From Lytechinus pictus (taxonomy: Eukaryota), in NCBI RefSeq assembly GCF_037042905.1, contig NC_087246.1:9364001-9428000 (forward strand): DNA of 64,000 nt, given 5' to 3'. The notes beneath the pieces are model-generated. The model was not told the DNA's origin. It made no database searches and worked only from the letters and a program-made list of their open reading frames with translations. This document shows positions 1 to 51,509 of the stretch, in pieces; position 1 is the first letter of the stretch, and every line of letters starts with the position of its first letter. Both the position numbers and the translations under genes were made by a program.

Positions 1-75
1 TCATTAATACAATAACAACTAATGCTGATAGGACTGAGACAATGGAAATAATCAATAGTAAAAAGTTCAATCTTA

Positions 76-38442
<38,367 letters not shown>

Positions 38443-38997
38443 GATTTATGTCCTCAACAACCGTCACAGGATAAAGGTGGATACAGTGTATTATCAGCTG
38501 TAATGATATGCTATAAAGGAAGATATTTTCTCCAAAATAAATAAAAACATGCACGTGTAACCTTTCCTCTTAACTGGCAAACCATGTACGCTTGGGATCT
38601 GGCCAGAACGTAAACAAGGACCCGCTTCCACAACCACGCACCGACGGCGACGGCAGCAGATTTTCACCAGTCCGAATCAGTTAGTCGGATTAATCTTTGT
38701 CAAAATAAATTTCTAAAACGTGAGCTAATATCATCTGAGGCCTTGCTTCAAAATGAGAATCCTCTTCTCGGGCATTAGGACTCGACTTTGAGGTATTTGA
38801 GATTAAGTCGCGATGCGCTTTCTTCATCCGTAATGCAGTGCAGGGCGAACAGAGGCACCGGTAAAGATCGTATGTCTACGCTACATCAAGCGGCTGCGCT
38901 CGGCGAAACACAAAGGAAGGTTTCGTAAGAGCACAGACGTAACTCGTGCTGCGCTGGGTCATAGTCATAGCTTGTTGCACAGACGAGTGCTCATAAA

Positions 38998-39120
38998 TGT
39001 GGACATTTTTGATTGGTCCAAATAAGCCTTTACGGGCAGTATCCAATGAGAGCATTCGTTAAAGATGTGCCGTTTGACGTCAATACAGATTCTTGACGTG
39101 TATCTCTTTGGTTTTCGTCA
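38998..39120 (-). promoter_or_regulatory. Putative SERCA proximal promoter with an ERSE, a second CCAAT box, a CRE and a UPRE-like site
   Basis: Minus strand CCAAT-CAAAAATGT-CCACA (39016-38998); CCAAT 39043-39047; TGACGTCA 39075-39082; TGACGTGT 39094-39101; CGTCA 39116-39120. It lies in a CpG-rich stretch about 560-680 bp upstream of the ATG. Confidence 0.7.
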
Positions 39121-39699
39121 TGTAATTCTTGTTACAAAGTTTTGGCATAATATTAAAGGGGGGAAAAACGGATTTACGACCAATGCCCAAAAGTTGATAA
39201 ATCTATTTGATGGGTACCCCACAATAAGATGGTCTGTACTCTGTATGTATTCATGCGAGTATTTTTTTGCATATTATGCCTCATTTCACCAACATCGAGC
39301 CCGCATCCCGACCACCCCCCCACCTCGTATAAAGCTTCTGTGAAAAGCTGGAGGAGACGCACAAAGTAGTAAAGTTGGCCGGTTTCTTAGGAAATTCCCT
39401 AAAAAGAAGTATTTGACTTGAATAATCGGTAGCATTCCTCAAAAGGAAGCATCCCAAGGCCTCATACAAACCTTTTGGCAAGAATGAGGCACATTGACGT
39501 TCCACTATATATACATCCAGGGGCCGAAGCACCCCCCCCCCCCCCTCCTTCTTGGCGGCTCAAAAACAATAATAACAAAGGAAAAGAAAAGGGGAAAATG
39601 GAAGGAGGGGAGAAAACGGAATAAGAAATTAAGAGGGGAAGAAAAGAGAATATAATAAGGTGGATAACTGGAAAATAGTAAAAGTTTCAGGTCATTATT

Positions 39700-40915
39700 G
39701 TAAAATTTAAAAGTTTCACTCGCTTTGCCCTCGCGTTGTGTGCTAAGAGGGATATAAGTAATCTACTCGATCATTCGATAACATGACATATATTGGGCTC
39801 AGGACATCTTTGGCTGCTTTTCAAGACAATATGCATAAACCATTAGCTCGTGATTCAAATTTAATTATTTTTGTTTTAGCGAGATACGCATCCTGTTACA
39901 ATAATGTCCCAGAGTTAAGACTAAATCACCAAAACACATGCAAATAAGTTCGCGCTAGAGGCTCGCTCTCACAATTTAATTTGATAGTGAGATCCATGGT
40001 CCTCTTCACAAATTCCTTTTCATGCTCAACAGTGATTCAAAGCTCATTTGAGGCTCAGTATTAGAAAATAAAGTCAGCTCGCAATATGCGCTCGAATTAG
40101 TTGTTTATTGAGATACACAGTTTGTTCTATGTTTTTTAAGTGCTTCTCAGATTGGGATGGCAGAAATTTTAGTTCGCGCTCGCATCGTTTATTTAGTTAT
40201 CCATCATTCATAAAAGGCCGATCGAATGTCCCTTTTTTAGTTGTAAACTTATTTTTTTTAATGACTCGCGCTTCGCGCGGCTGGCATACTCGCGTTGTTT
40301 AATGGCAGACATATTTTCTTCTTATAGTAAAAACGTATACCTTTCCATTACTATTGCTCAGGTCTTAATATAAAAAATGTTCAGCTGCCGAATCGCGCTC
40401 TCATATATAATATCCAACGTGTTCATGCCTTAAAAAAAGAGGATTGAGAATATCGCAGTTGGGTCTAAATCTCGGAGAAAACAAACATTAAGCTATCGCA
40501 TCGCGCTGTATTGAATAACTGACAATTTTTCAGGTCCGAAAATAATCAATTCTCAGCTCGCGCTTCGCTCTCGCATATTGTTTAGTTATACCTATCCCGT
40601 CATGATGATTTTAAAAAGGGTTTATATCTTTACGTCCAATTTTCAACTCGCAATTTAAAAAATTTCAGCGTACATAGTACTCGCATTTTTGTTGTTTGAT
40701 GGCATTTATCCCCTTCATGAGTCACTGCAAAGGCTGCAAACAGTATGTCAAGGGTCTCTATGCAGGCCAGTTGGCCTATATAAAAAAAAATTCAGCTCAC
40801 GCTTAATTCGCGCTCGCATAGTTTGTTCATCATTACAGAAACTTAAATTGTCGAGTTAAAATACATGAAATAACTAAACAAATAAAGATAAAAAAATAGC
40901 TCGTGCTCGCATTCT
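39700..40915 (+). repeat. Degenerate array of GCTCGCGCTTCGCGCTCGCA-containing units, probably DNA-transposon interior
   Basis: More than ten spaced variants of AGCTCGCGCTTCGCGCTCGCA; the same motif is inverted at 42131-42149 and 42341-42359. Confidence 0.65.
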
Positions 40916-41841
40916 TTATTTTAGCTTTATGAGATACCTTATCTTCTTTGTAAGACTAAAGCTAAGAATAAAACTTCAGTCTTTTTTTATGACTACTGCA
41001 TGCACCAAAGCCAACAACAGCGGCCGATCGGAGAAAATGACGGGATGAAAATATAAATTTTGTCCACCAATACCCCATTTCCACCTTGTTAGAATGATTG
41101 GTTTCTTTTAAAGGGGTTGTACAAGACAACAACTTTGTGTACCTTATTGGTAGGAAGACAGTGCTTTCAATCGATTACCACTGAATGAAGAAAAAAAATC
41201 GGACCTCGATGTTCAACACTCTTAAATTGTTGGTCAGCATACTGTCCACACAACAATATTGGTTAAAAAAATATCCAACTCTGGGTAGTTTTCACCCAAA
41301 GCACACATTATTGGTTAAAAACTACCCAGAATTGTGTGGACAGTATATATGCCCAACATTTCACTACAATCCTTCAATGCGGCTGTCACTAAACGTGTGA
41401 GATATGGTGCAATTATTGACCTTTACCTAAAGCTGTCAAAGCCAAATAATCTATACACCAGCCTATAGAATCATTAATTGCAACTTTAATTTGAAGTATA
41501 TATAATGATTCCGCTTAGTTCGGCATTAAAAATGTGGTATTGATTGATCAAATTCTGAGTCGAATTATGAATAACACCACTATTTTGGCCATCGCTTGTC
41601 ACAAACCTGAGGGCAAATCTATTGACGGCATGCAGAAAGAAAAAATAAAGTATGATGATATTCCTAAAACAAGACACTACCAGGACAACTACAGAATTCG
41701 TATTTTCATGTTAGAGAAGCGCGAGATGCTCTACTTTACATACATGCTCTGATGCAGGGGCGTCGATCCATTTTTCAGATTGGGGGGGGGCAAAATCATT
41801 AACGTTCCAAAGGCGCTCGATCGTACAAAACACCCACCCTC

Positions 41842-41903
41842 ACACACACACACACATATATATTATATACACACACACACACACACACATATATATATTA
41901 TAT

Positions 41904-41976
<73 letters not shown>
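41842..41976. repeat. Compound (CA)n/(TA)n microsatellite
   Basis: Three CA/TA blocks ending in a long (TA)n run. Confidence 0.95.
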
Positions 41977-41979
<3 letters not shown>

Positions 41980-42418
41980 CTCATGAGACACAGACACGTA
42001 TCTCACTACACAGATAGTACGAGTGCCGAGAGTGAGCTCAAATTTCTTTATATTCTGAGCTGAAAACTTGATATTCTATAAGCATTTTTGGTACCAATGA
42101 TTAAGATTTGTATCTAAAAGAAGAATAGATGCGAGCGCGAAGCGCGAGCTGAAAATTTTGATATTTCGATCTGAAAAAATGACAGTTTATTGGACGTTTT
42201 TGATAAAGAACAAGCTATATATCCAAGAAAAGATGATTGCAAATTGAAGCAGTTCTTTTGAGGCTTAGAACTGAAAACGGGACATTTACATTCACCAATG
42301 TAATCATGAAAAGTATGGGTTTTTGCTACAGAAATGATGTGAGCGCGAAGCGCGAGCTGAAATTTTTTATATTCCAATCTGAAAAGCGGACATTTTGAGC
42401 ACGATTTTAAATAAAGAA

Positions 42419-42688
42419 CGACTTAGCAAACTGGATGTGAGAAATAAGTCTTTCAGTAGAAGAGTCATCAATGACTGGAATAGTCTTCCTGAAAACTTAA
42501 TACAAATGCCAACAACAGACAAATTTAAAAGAAATATTGATATATTTTGGCAAAAAAAACACTTTGAGCTTCCATGACTCCTCACGCAAGCTCATGAAGT
42601 AGTAGTTTTCAGTGACCAATCATACAAGAAACGACCGGGAATTACAGGCTTGCGCCTTCATCCCGTACCAGATGATGATGATGATGAT
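42419..42688 (+). mobile_element. 5'-truncated CR1/L2-group LINE 3' end with (GAT)n tail
   Basis: Encodes LDVRNKSFSRRVINDWNSLPENLIQMPTTDKFKRNIDIFW, which matches the CR1 ORF2 C-terminal pattern R..FS.RV...WN.LP......FK..D; short 3' UTR then (GAT)6. Confidence 0.85.
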
Positions 42689-42897
42689 TGTGTATCTCAA
42701 TCTCGCTTGCTGAACATTACAATCTTGTTTTTTTTTTAATGCATATCCAGAACTATTGGGGGGGCAAAAAGATATGTTTGCCCCCCCCCCAATATTTTCA
42801 TTGGTGGGGCGATCGCCCCCCCCCTGCCCCCCCCCCCCCCCCCAGGATCGACGCCTCTGCATAGAGGAATGTGGCTGTATAGGGAACCTCCTTCATC

Positions 42898-44430
42898 CAG
42901 TGCGGCGTAACAGGCGGGGGCAGGGGGGCAAGCTGCCCCCCCCCCCCGTGGCGGATTTCACCGGGAAAATAAAATAAAACTGTAAAAAGAAAAAAAAGGT
43001 GGAGAAAGAAAGAAAGGGGAAGGGAAAGGAAGGGGGGAAAAGAGAAACGGGGGGGGGGGAGGAAAGGGAAAGGGAAAAGAAAACTAAGAAAAAACATAAA
43101 TATGGAAAACGGAAAGAAAACGGGAAAAAGAAGGAAAGAAGAACATGCCAGTGTGAGAAAGAACAATTCTCCCCGATATACAAATACAATAGCATGATTA
43201 GTAAGGCAGGGAAATAAATTAAAGATGACAAAAAGGCAAACAAAATCGGGAAATGGAGGTAGAATGGAATGAGCCAAAATCTAATCTGGAAAATAAAGAA
43301 AAGGGACAAAATAAAACTACCGGACTGCCGAGGATTGACGATAATTATCATCATAAATTTGGTAAATCTCCAAAGCTACTGGTGGCTCTGTCCGAGACCC
43401 CGTGCAGTGGTGGCTCTTCATCTGTAACCTTTAAAGGGCACAATAACGGCCACTGTATAAACACTTTCTGCACTGGCGTACCGGGGGTGGTTCCACAGTC
43501 AAGGGGAAATAAAAGAAAATAAAGGAGGCAGCGAAATGAGATGAATGAAAAAAAATATGACATGAAATTTGCTATGATGTAAAAATCTATCACATAATTA
43601 GAATTTCATTTCAAAAGGCCATTTTTCTTTCTGGCTCGCTTCGCTCGCTGGCGACTGTTTACAAATTTTCCCACATTTGCTATGGTGTGCCCCCTCAAAA
43701 TATTTAGATGATTATGGTACGAAATTGCATTGAATTTAAGTGTTGTGTGAAAGCTATATAGATAAACACGCAATTTGATTAAATTAGTGGCCATCTGTAA
43801 GGTTTAAAATGACTTTGATATCAAGAGGTTCCGGGGCTCCGCCCCGGACCCCACCCACATAGCACTGTTGTATGGATAAGTTTGGACCATGGCCCCCAAA
43901 AGTTCTACAACCAAACAAACAAACAAACAAAAAAGGAGGAAAGACAGAAAAGCAAAGGAAAAGTGTGTTATATTTTTCTGAATATCACGTCAAAATCTAT
44001 TTTCATGTTAGATTCTCATGAAAAGATGATTTTTTTTTATCTCGCTCGCTTCGCTCTCTCGGTACTTATATCAAGCTACTTCTTGTCACACGCGCCATAC
44101 TGGCCCCCTCGAGCATATAGAGCTTCGCCCTGATGCGCACAATCATAACAAAAATCCTATTCACAATGGCGTTCAAAAAAAAAGAAAGAAGGGTGAAATA
44201 TGATATTATCTTTTTTTAACATTATGTCAAAATCTATCACAAAATTGGATTTTTGTAATAAAAATGTCAAAATTTTTGCTCGCTCGCTTTGCTCGCATTT
44301 TAATTTTTTGCCTGATACACCATATCATACCCCCTCAAAATGTTTGCCTCATGACGCCATTGCCTGTTCCATGATATGACCGGGAAATTTTTGGATCTTG
44401 CCCCCCCCCCCTCCCCCTGTTACGCCCCTG
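42898..44430. mobile_element. hAT-type non-autonomous element (1533 bp) with 8-bp TSD
   Basis: Termini CAGTGCGGCGTAACAGG and CCTGTTACGCCCCTG; perfect TSD CCTTCATC at 42890-42897 and 44431-44438. Confidence 0.88.
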
Positions 44431-45429
44431 CCTTCATCAACTCTAACTCCAAAAGTAAGTATATAATATAGGAAACTTGCAAAATAATTACGTTAACGCG
44501 CAACAGAGTACATTCATGGAGGGAAGAAAAGATTTAACCCCTTCCTATTGTAATTATTCTACCTAGTAACTTGTAGCTTTTATAACAGTTTTTAAATGAA
44601 AACAATTGATTGGAAGAACTATAAAGGAACGCTGAGATTGCAGAGCAGGCGAAAATATACTAAGGCCCAATTAGGAGGGCCTGAACTATAGTATACCCGC
44701 ATCCAGTGGCATAATGAGCCAAAAAAATTGAGGGGCTATAGATATGTTGTAGGCCCATCACCTAAAATTCGACATTTTTATTCAAAAATACAATTTTCTG
44801 ATAAATTTTGAAAGAGTATCTAAAAATGATAATTTACACCTTTCTCTTTTCCTTTTCCCTTTTTTACCTGGTCGTGAAATCCAAGCACCCTCCCACCCCC
44901 CATGTACGCCAGTGCCCCCGTCACCCGTGCAAAGCGCAAATGCTTCATTGAAAAAAAAAAATGAAATGACTTGGAAACATTAAATTATTTCCTCCCTACC
45001 TCCGAATGATTAATCAACCCTTGTAAATATATATAGGCTTTGTATAAAAAGTAAAATTTAGAAAACGAATTGTAGATTTAAAAAATAATGCAACTAGCTG
45101 ATGAACATGATTCAAATTTTATTGTGAACTTTCGATCAATATAACCTGCCACTGCATGGTCTTTTTTTGGTGATTATATTAATCCAGGGTTATCACGAAC
45201 CACGAGGGATAGGTCTATGGGAAAATGAAAAAAGGAGGGAAGTTATAAATAATCCATTTTCTGACTCTTAAAGGGGTACTCGAGGCTGGAGATAATATGA
45301 ATTGAACAGATAAAGAAAAAAATCAAACAAAGAAATGAAAATTTGATCAAAATCGGACAAGGAAAAAAACAAAGATATGACAAAGTTTTGCATTACTCCG
45401 GTGAATCAGTTCTAGGCTCTTCATGAATA

Positions 45430-45626
45430 TTCTTCTTCTTCTTCTCTTTCTTCTTCGTCTTCTCCTACTCCTTCCTCTTCTTCTCCTTCTTCTTATTCTC
45501 TTTCTTCTTCTTCGTCTTCTCCTACTCCTTCTTCTTTTTATCTTTCTTCTTCTTCTCTGTCTTTTTCTCCTTCTTCTCCTCCTTCTTCATCCTCCTCCCC
45601 TCTTCTTCCTCCCTCTCTTTCTTCTC
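45430..45626. repeat. Degenerate (CTT)n microsatellite
   Basis: About 200 bp of CTT/CTC repeats. Confidence 0.92.
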
Positions 45627-45886
45627 ATTAAACAAGACAGTAATCATCCTTCAATCTCAGAGAATTGTTAACCGTCCAATCAAAGCTTCTTTTTTATGTC
45701 TAATAAAAGTGTCTCAAATATTATAATTTCATAATAGCCGCGGAGTTTAATATATACCTATTGGGGTTGCAGTTTTTCCCCTGATCGATCGCCCGGCCGA
45801 CCATGAAAACATTTTTATTTATTTATTTATTTATTACATATTTATTCATTTATTACATATTTATGTGTAAGAGCATGTAAAGTGTT

Positions 45887-47205
45887 CAGGCGCGGTCCTA
45901 GCGGGGAGCAACACAAATTCGAACGCTGTAAAATTAAAGTTTTAACTCTAGACTTGTCTATTTTTTGTCAAACGCGATCTGAATTTTTTTTCATTTTTTA
46001 TAATCATGTATATATTTATATATCTTTTTTTTTTTTGGGGGGGGGGGGGGATTGAGAAAATTATTCGGTCGCTATATTCTCCCTGACCGGGGCTAAAGAT
46101 ATCTAAAACATTTATTTTGGAGTTAGGGTTGTCGAACCATATTTCGGATTGGCGGTGTGGTGAAAAAAATCACCGAAAATTTCGGCGCGCCCAATCTTCG
46201 CGCAAAATTTAAATAGAATTTTGCACATGAATTAAGAGCTCCGAAAACTTGACACTTTTTTATGTATGATTTAATGTCAAGTAAAATGATTTCATAGTGC
46301 TTTCCGATGCTTTTTTCAAACATATTTTTGCATTGAATACTATTGTCAAAATTATCGTTAAGTGAAGTCACATGCCCTCATTTACATTTTAATTGGCTGT
46401 AAAGCGCACTCTTCTTTCTAAATTGCAGAATCAGTAAAATGCACATAAGACATAAGTTATCTCATATATATATTTTTTTTCTCTCTTTTCTTCGTAACTG
46501 AAGGATTAAAGATTGAACTTTGTTAAATTTACTATTACCATATTTTCATAACAACTTGACACAACTGTTCAATATCAAGGCAGTCTTCCACCTTTTCTGT
46601 TCTTCTATTTATTTCCTCTCTTCCTTATTTCTTTTTTTTTGTGTGATCTTTCTTGACGTTTATTGTTTTGTTCTCATTGTATTTTTACTTTTGTTTTTGT
46701 TTGTTTTTAAGTGATACTAATTCAGTTTAAAGGTGGTTCAACGAATCAAACTCTAGGCTTATGTTGTTCCACCTTTATATACATGCTCAAAATGTATTTT
46801 TCATGTTTTATACTCTTGTACCTTTATCCTTGTAATCTCATACATTGTATTCATATTGTGACATTGTGAACATGCATGAATAAATAAATAAATAAATAAA
46901 ATACCAATAATCAGGGCCTTATGGTTTTATACGTTTAGATGAAATCGCTATGAAATCATTCTCAAGCATTTTGAATAAGTATTTGTTTGTTCGGTCGCTA
47001 CGCTCCCTCGCTAAATATTAGGAACATATTTGGGGACTAGGGGGCGGCGGACTAGCTGCTAATTGGTCAAAGCAGTATTGTCTCTATTGTACATATATTA
47101 TGCTGCTCATCATAGGCCATTTTCATTGTATTGAATAATCCAACGTCGAAAATTTCTCAAGCCCCCTGAAGCCCCAACAAAAATTTTAGTCTAAAACCGC
47201 GCCTG
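45887..47205. mobile_element. Probable hAT-like element
   Basis: Termini CAGGCGCGGT and ACCGCGCCTG; no TSD match. Confidence 0.5.
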
Positions 47206-47416
47206 TCCTGATGGTGTTCTCCCCGTGTTCACCCTGTTATGGCAGTGTCCCCGGCTTTAGAGTTAATCTACGTAATATAAAAACACTTACTTGCGTGCCT
47301 TAACGCTTCTCGACAGGATCTACAATCACTCAACTCTATTTATACGTAAAAAATACTCATAATCCATGAGACCATGCTGTTAATATGCAATGGCGCCCTC
47401 TTTTGAGTACAGGTAT

Positions 47417-47552
47417 GGCCCAGTTGCAGAAAAATTACCACTTAAGTAACTTTGCCTTCCAATGGTAACTTATTTGGAAACCTTGATTTTGATAGGTAGT
47501 TACCATTGGATGACAAAGTTACCATAATAGTAACTTCTATGCAACGGGGCCC
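47417..47552. mobile_element. Short palindromic MITE
   Basis: GGCCCAGTTGCAGAAAAATTACC...GTAACTTTGCCTTCCAATGGTAACT is mirrored by AGTTACCATTGGATGACAAAGTTAC...TGCAACGGGGCC. Confidence 0.8.
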
Positions 47553-50500
47553 TGCTCCTTAAGTTTAATGAATAGTGACATGCATTATCTCCCGGGCAAT
47601 ATCCAATATTTCAAGAAAAATAGGTTGTCCCTCCTTATTATCACCCATTACTTATTCTGATTAAAGCCTCTATTTTTTGTGATCTTCAACACTTCAATAA
47701 TTTGCTTTCCTTCTCTCATCATTTTTTTTTCAATTTTCCAATTTATCTGTCTCACCTTAATTCCTCCTTCTTATTCCGTTCACAATCTCTCCACTTTTTC
47801 TCACAAATTTCAAGCATCCATTACCCATCAAAAGAACTCTTACATACATTTTCATTAACTTTTAACATGTCCTTTTAACATAGAGCAGTGAAATATCCAA
47901 TGGGCCAGCCCACCTGCCATCAAGGGTGACATGATTCGTGATTACCCCTTTCTTTTGCTTGTAAGAATATCTTGGAAGTCGGGCCCCTTTTTCGCATTGC
48001 TGTCTGATGAGATATGTATCATATTCATGATGTAACAGGCTTGAACTTAAACTTTTTGAATCAATATACCAAAAAGTTTCTAACATAAGTTTAATAATAT
48101 ATCATCATCTTCATAAATTAAAATCGTGTTTTTCAGGTCAGCATATAAAAAAAATGTACATTCAAATTCCTCTACAAATTTTCAATAATTATCATAATTT
48201 GTGCATTAAAGTATAAATAAATGCTCTAATGCATGATATAAACCTAACTTTTAATTATTTGTCTAGAGGTCCTTTGGGTACTTACCATCTCTATTTTCAT
48301 CATTATTATAATCACTATCATTATTAAAAATAAGCAGGGAAGTGCAAACAAATTCCATCTAGAGCGCTCGCTCATAATAGAGCAAACAGAGGGATAGATC
48401 ATGACAATGGGAATATAATTTCCAAAACACAATTGGTAAATTACCAACGCAAAGAATGGCAAATAAACAATCACTTTAAATTTACAAATATATTCTTCAA
48501 ATATATGCATGTATGCACACAATATGAAGCATATAAAAAAAAATGCATTTTATTGTAGACTGATGGATAATACCACACTAAGTAAGTGTAACTATTCTTC
48601 AAAAAATAACTTACAAACACTTTACAATGGTCATTACAATTTCAGTAATCATAGTTGTGGGCACTCCTTGACAAACCTCTGTAAGTTTTATTTGGGATAA
48701 AAAAGAAAATTTCCAGATATCAAAATGATTTAAGAGCTTCAAATTTAAACTCTTATAGCAATTAGTATCACAAGGTATCACTAAGGTTTATCGATACCCC
48801 CAATGACCAGCTGACCTATACACTCCTTATTCATTGTGGTATAACTGTTTAAAAAGTGTCTATTTGGTATACAAAAATCTGTGGGCTTTGTGTGGTACAG
48901 TATGGAAAAAGTAGAGGTTTTGATATCAAATAATCCTTCCATGCTTTTGTTGTCATCTGTCCTTTACGTGTAGGAATGGCCGTATAAAAGTTGTAGAATG
49001 TGGTCGATAGCAGCCTGGATTAGTAGTCACAATAGTCACATTCTGTCATTAGTTGATCCACCAGGATCTTGCCCTGGTAGGTATTTCTTAAGGCTTTACA
49101 AACGACTGGGCATCTTATTTTGTGGTGAATTATGTGCACCAAAATTTCACTGGTGTTGATTAAGCTCCTACGAAAGGATAACCAGTCTTAGGTAAAGTCA
49201 TATGTAACTTGCGAACAGCTTCTAATATGAACCACCCACCAGAAGCCGTTTTATGCTTTGTCCGCTATTCATGACAGTAACCTATCTATTGTTCCCAGCT
49301 ACTGACCATCATCTCCTTCTCCACACACCTCCAAATTACTACTTTTTATTTTACTTTAACACAAAAAGCCCACAGTTTTTTATATACCAAATTAACACTA
49401 TTTTAACAGTTATTCCACTATCGATAAGGTTGGTAGTCAGCCTCATGTGAGGAACATTTTTGAGGAAATTAAAATTTTCCTGATTTGTTATCATAATTGT
49501 CATAATGATATTGTGTTATAATGGCAATATAGTACCGAACACATTTGCATTTTGCACGTCTTCATTCAAAGACAAATGTGTGTGACAAGTCTTATGAGCA
49601 TTGGGTGACAACTGAGGAAATAGTTTGATCTGCAAGGTTGTCTGACCCCCTGACCAAATGACCATCCACACAACATTACACTGATTCATAATGTATACAT
49701 CCCTTTTAAAACTTTGTTTGGTGGGGTAATAAGTCGGAGAAATATAAATCTCTGAAGTTCTTACTAAACTGCATCATCTTCCAAGGGTTGGCTAAAAGCT
49801 TTTAATAAAGCTAATGAACACATATCTGACATCAATTTTTCATGTGAACAATAATGGCATTGTAATAAGCTCCTTGATTGTACAATGAGCTGCATATTGA
49901 CCGTTGTGATTAAAAAAAACATACTTAAAGGGTCAATCAATGACATGGACTTTTACCATCTCCTTTATAGGGGACTATCTATCTTTGGTATGAACTGGTG
50001 TTATAATATTATATAAATTAAAAATAATTCAAATGTTAGGCCAATCATTTATTTTATGTTTACTCATTAAAGCCAATCTAAAGCTTTGGTAAAGTTGTAT
50101 TCTGTCCAACAAAATATTTTGTATTTCTTATCCTTCACACCATTTAGGGCATATACATTTCTATAATCTAGTAATGAATCTGAAAAGTGACATGCACTTT
50201 TGGGGGATTAACCAAAAAATAAAGGTTATATTTAATATATGAAATATATAATCATATACAAAAATAGATCAAATATGTTTTGGCCCGATAGATTATAAAA
50301 TTGAGATAGGAGACTTCAGACATATCAGAAGTCTTTTGGAAGTTCAAGTTTCTAACATAATGTGAAATGCCACATGCAAATAGAGAACTTTGACCAACAA
50401 GAGGACCCTCAGAACAATGGGTTCAATCAAAATTGGGGATGTATGATCGATAATATCTAGGACCAATAGGATCAAGGAATTATAGGATTTCAGACCAATA

Positions 50501-51318
50501 TGATCTACAATCAATAGGATCCATGTAAAACTAAGTGATTACAGAACAAATTAAACATAAGAAAAAATGGACCTAGAACGAAATAGAGGATGATAATACA
50601 ATATGGCTATTTTTGACAAGCAAAAATTGGGAAAGATAATTATTCACGAGATACAAAATCTCTGATGACTATAAAGTGTGATTCTCTAGAGATATACTCT
50701 CCAGCATCTTGGACTTATGGGAGGGATCATTGGGAGAAAATCTTGATTTTGGACATTGACTTTTGTTTTCTGCATCTTTCCTCCAGGAAATGAAGTGTGC
50801 AAGTGGAAAATACAGTGCATGTAAGGTTTCTTTGTATAGGTGCTGCACTGTGCATGGGCCATCATGAGGTGAGTGCCCAGCATTCACCATCTGAAGAAAA
50901 GAATTTTCATTGTATCCACATTTTCACAGACAAAGTAATGTGACATTTGTTACGAAATAGGAAAATACAAAACACAAGTCTTTGAAAGTTCTTTTGGTGT
51001 ACTCCTAGCCTGTCACGATAGCACTTGTCTGCTGCAGCGTACAATTAATGCTCAATGTTAGGTGGTCTTTTTTCAACTGCAGTGCGACACGCAAATAAAA
51101 TTGAATGTCTAGAGACTTCTTTAAACCAATAGAGATGCTTAAATAATACACCTATTTTATCATGAAGAATGATGACTAAAGAATGATCATCATCGGATAA
51201 ATCATAAATCCAGAATTATGACCAACCTGGATCACAAAAACACATCAACCAATGAAGGTGTGTTTCCAATGATCAGACTGAAAAAAAGAAGAGTTCATAA
51301 GACACTATTCTTTTGTTA

Positions 51319-51509
51319 TCAGCTGGCTGCAATCTGACTCTGGTGTCTCTCCCCTTGCTCCGTCTCCTTGACAATGCTTTGATGTAACATCCGTTCTCTA
51401 ATGGTGTTGCCTAAAGGGAGGGGTGGTCTATTCTCTGGGATGTCAAAGAGGTTCCTGAGAGCAACCCGAGCAGCTTCATCTTCTGCTACAGTGATGGACT
51501 CACCAGGTG
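51319..51509 (-). CDS. MRPL44: MRPL44 last coding exon
   Basis: cag|CA CCT GGT...; APGESITVAEDEAARVALRNLFDIPENRPPLPLG...QIAAS then TGA. Confidence 0.92.

Larger units (their letters stand above)
41755..42859. mobile_element. hAT-like non-autonomous element
   Basis: Termini CAGGGGCGTCGATCC and GGATCGACGCCTCTG; subterminal TTGGGGGGGCAAAA motifs; no direct TSD seen. Confidence 0.75.

Noticed and set aside
42798..43354. Phe/Leu/Pro-rich ORFs of 153-159 aa
   Set aside because: They are translations of a purine-rich tract inside a hAT-like element.
44704..44914. Small CAGTGGC...GCCAGTG element
   Set aside because: TIR and flanks are too degenerate to call with confidence.
45423..45671. Leu-rich ORF resembling a membrane micropeptide such as a SERCA regulator
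   Set aside because: It is the translation of a (CTT)n microsatellite.
50040..51318. MRPL44 polyadenylation signal
   Set aside because: The nearest minus-strand AATAAA I saw is about 1.27 kb downstream in AT-rich DNA and cannot be distinguished from chance.
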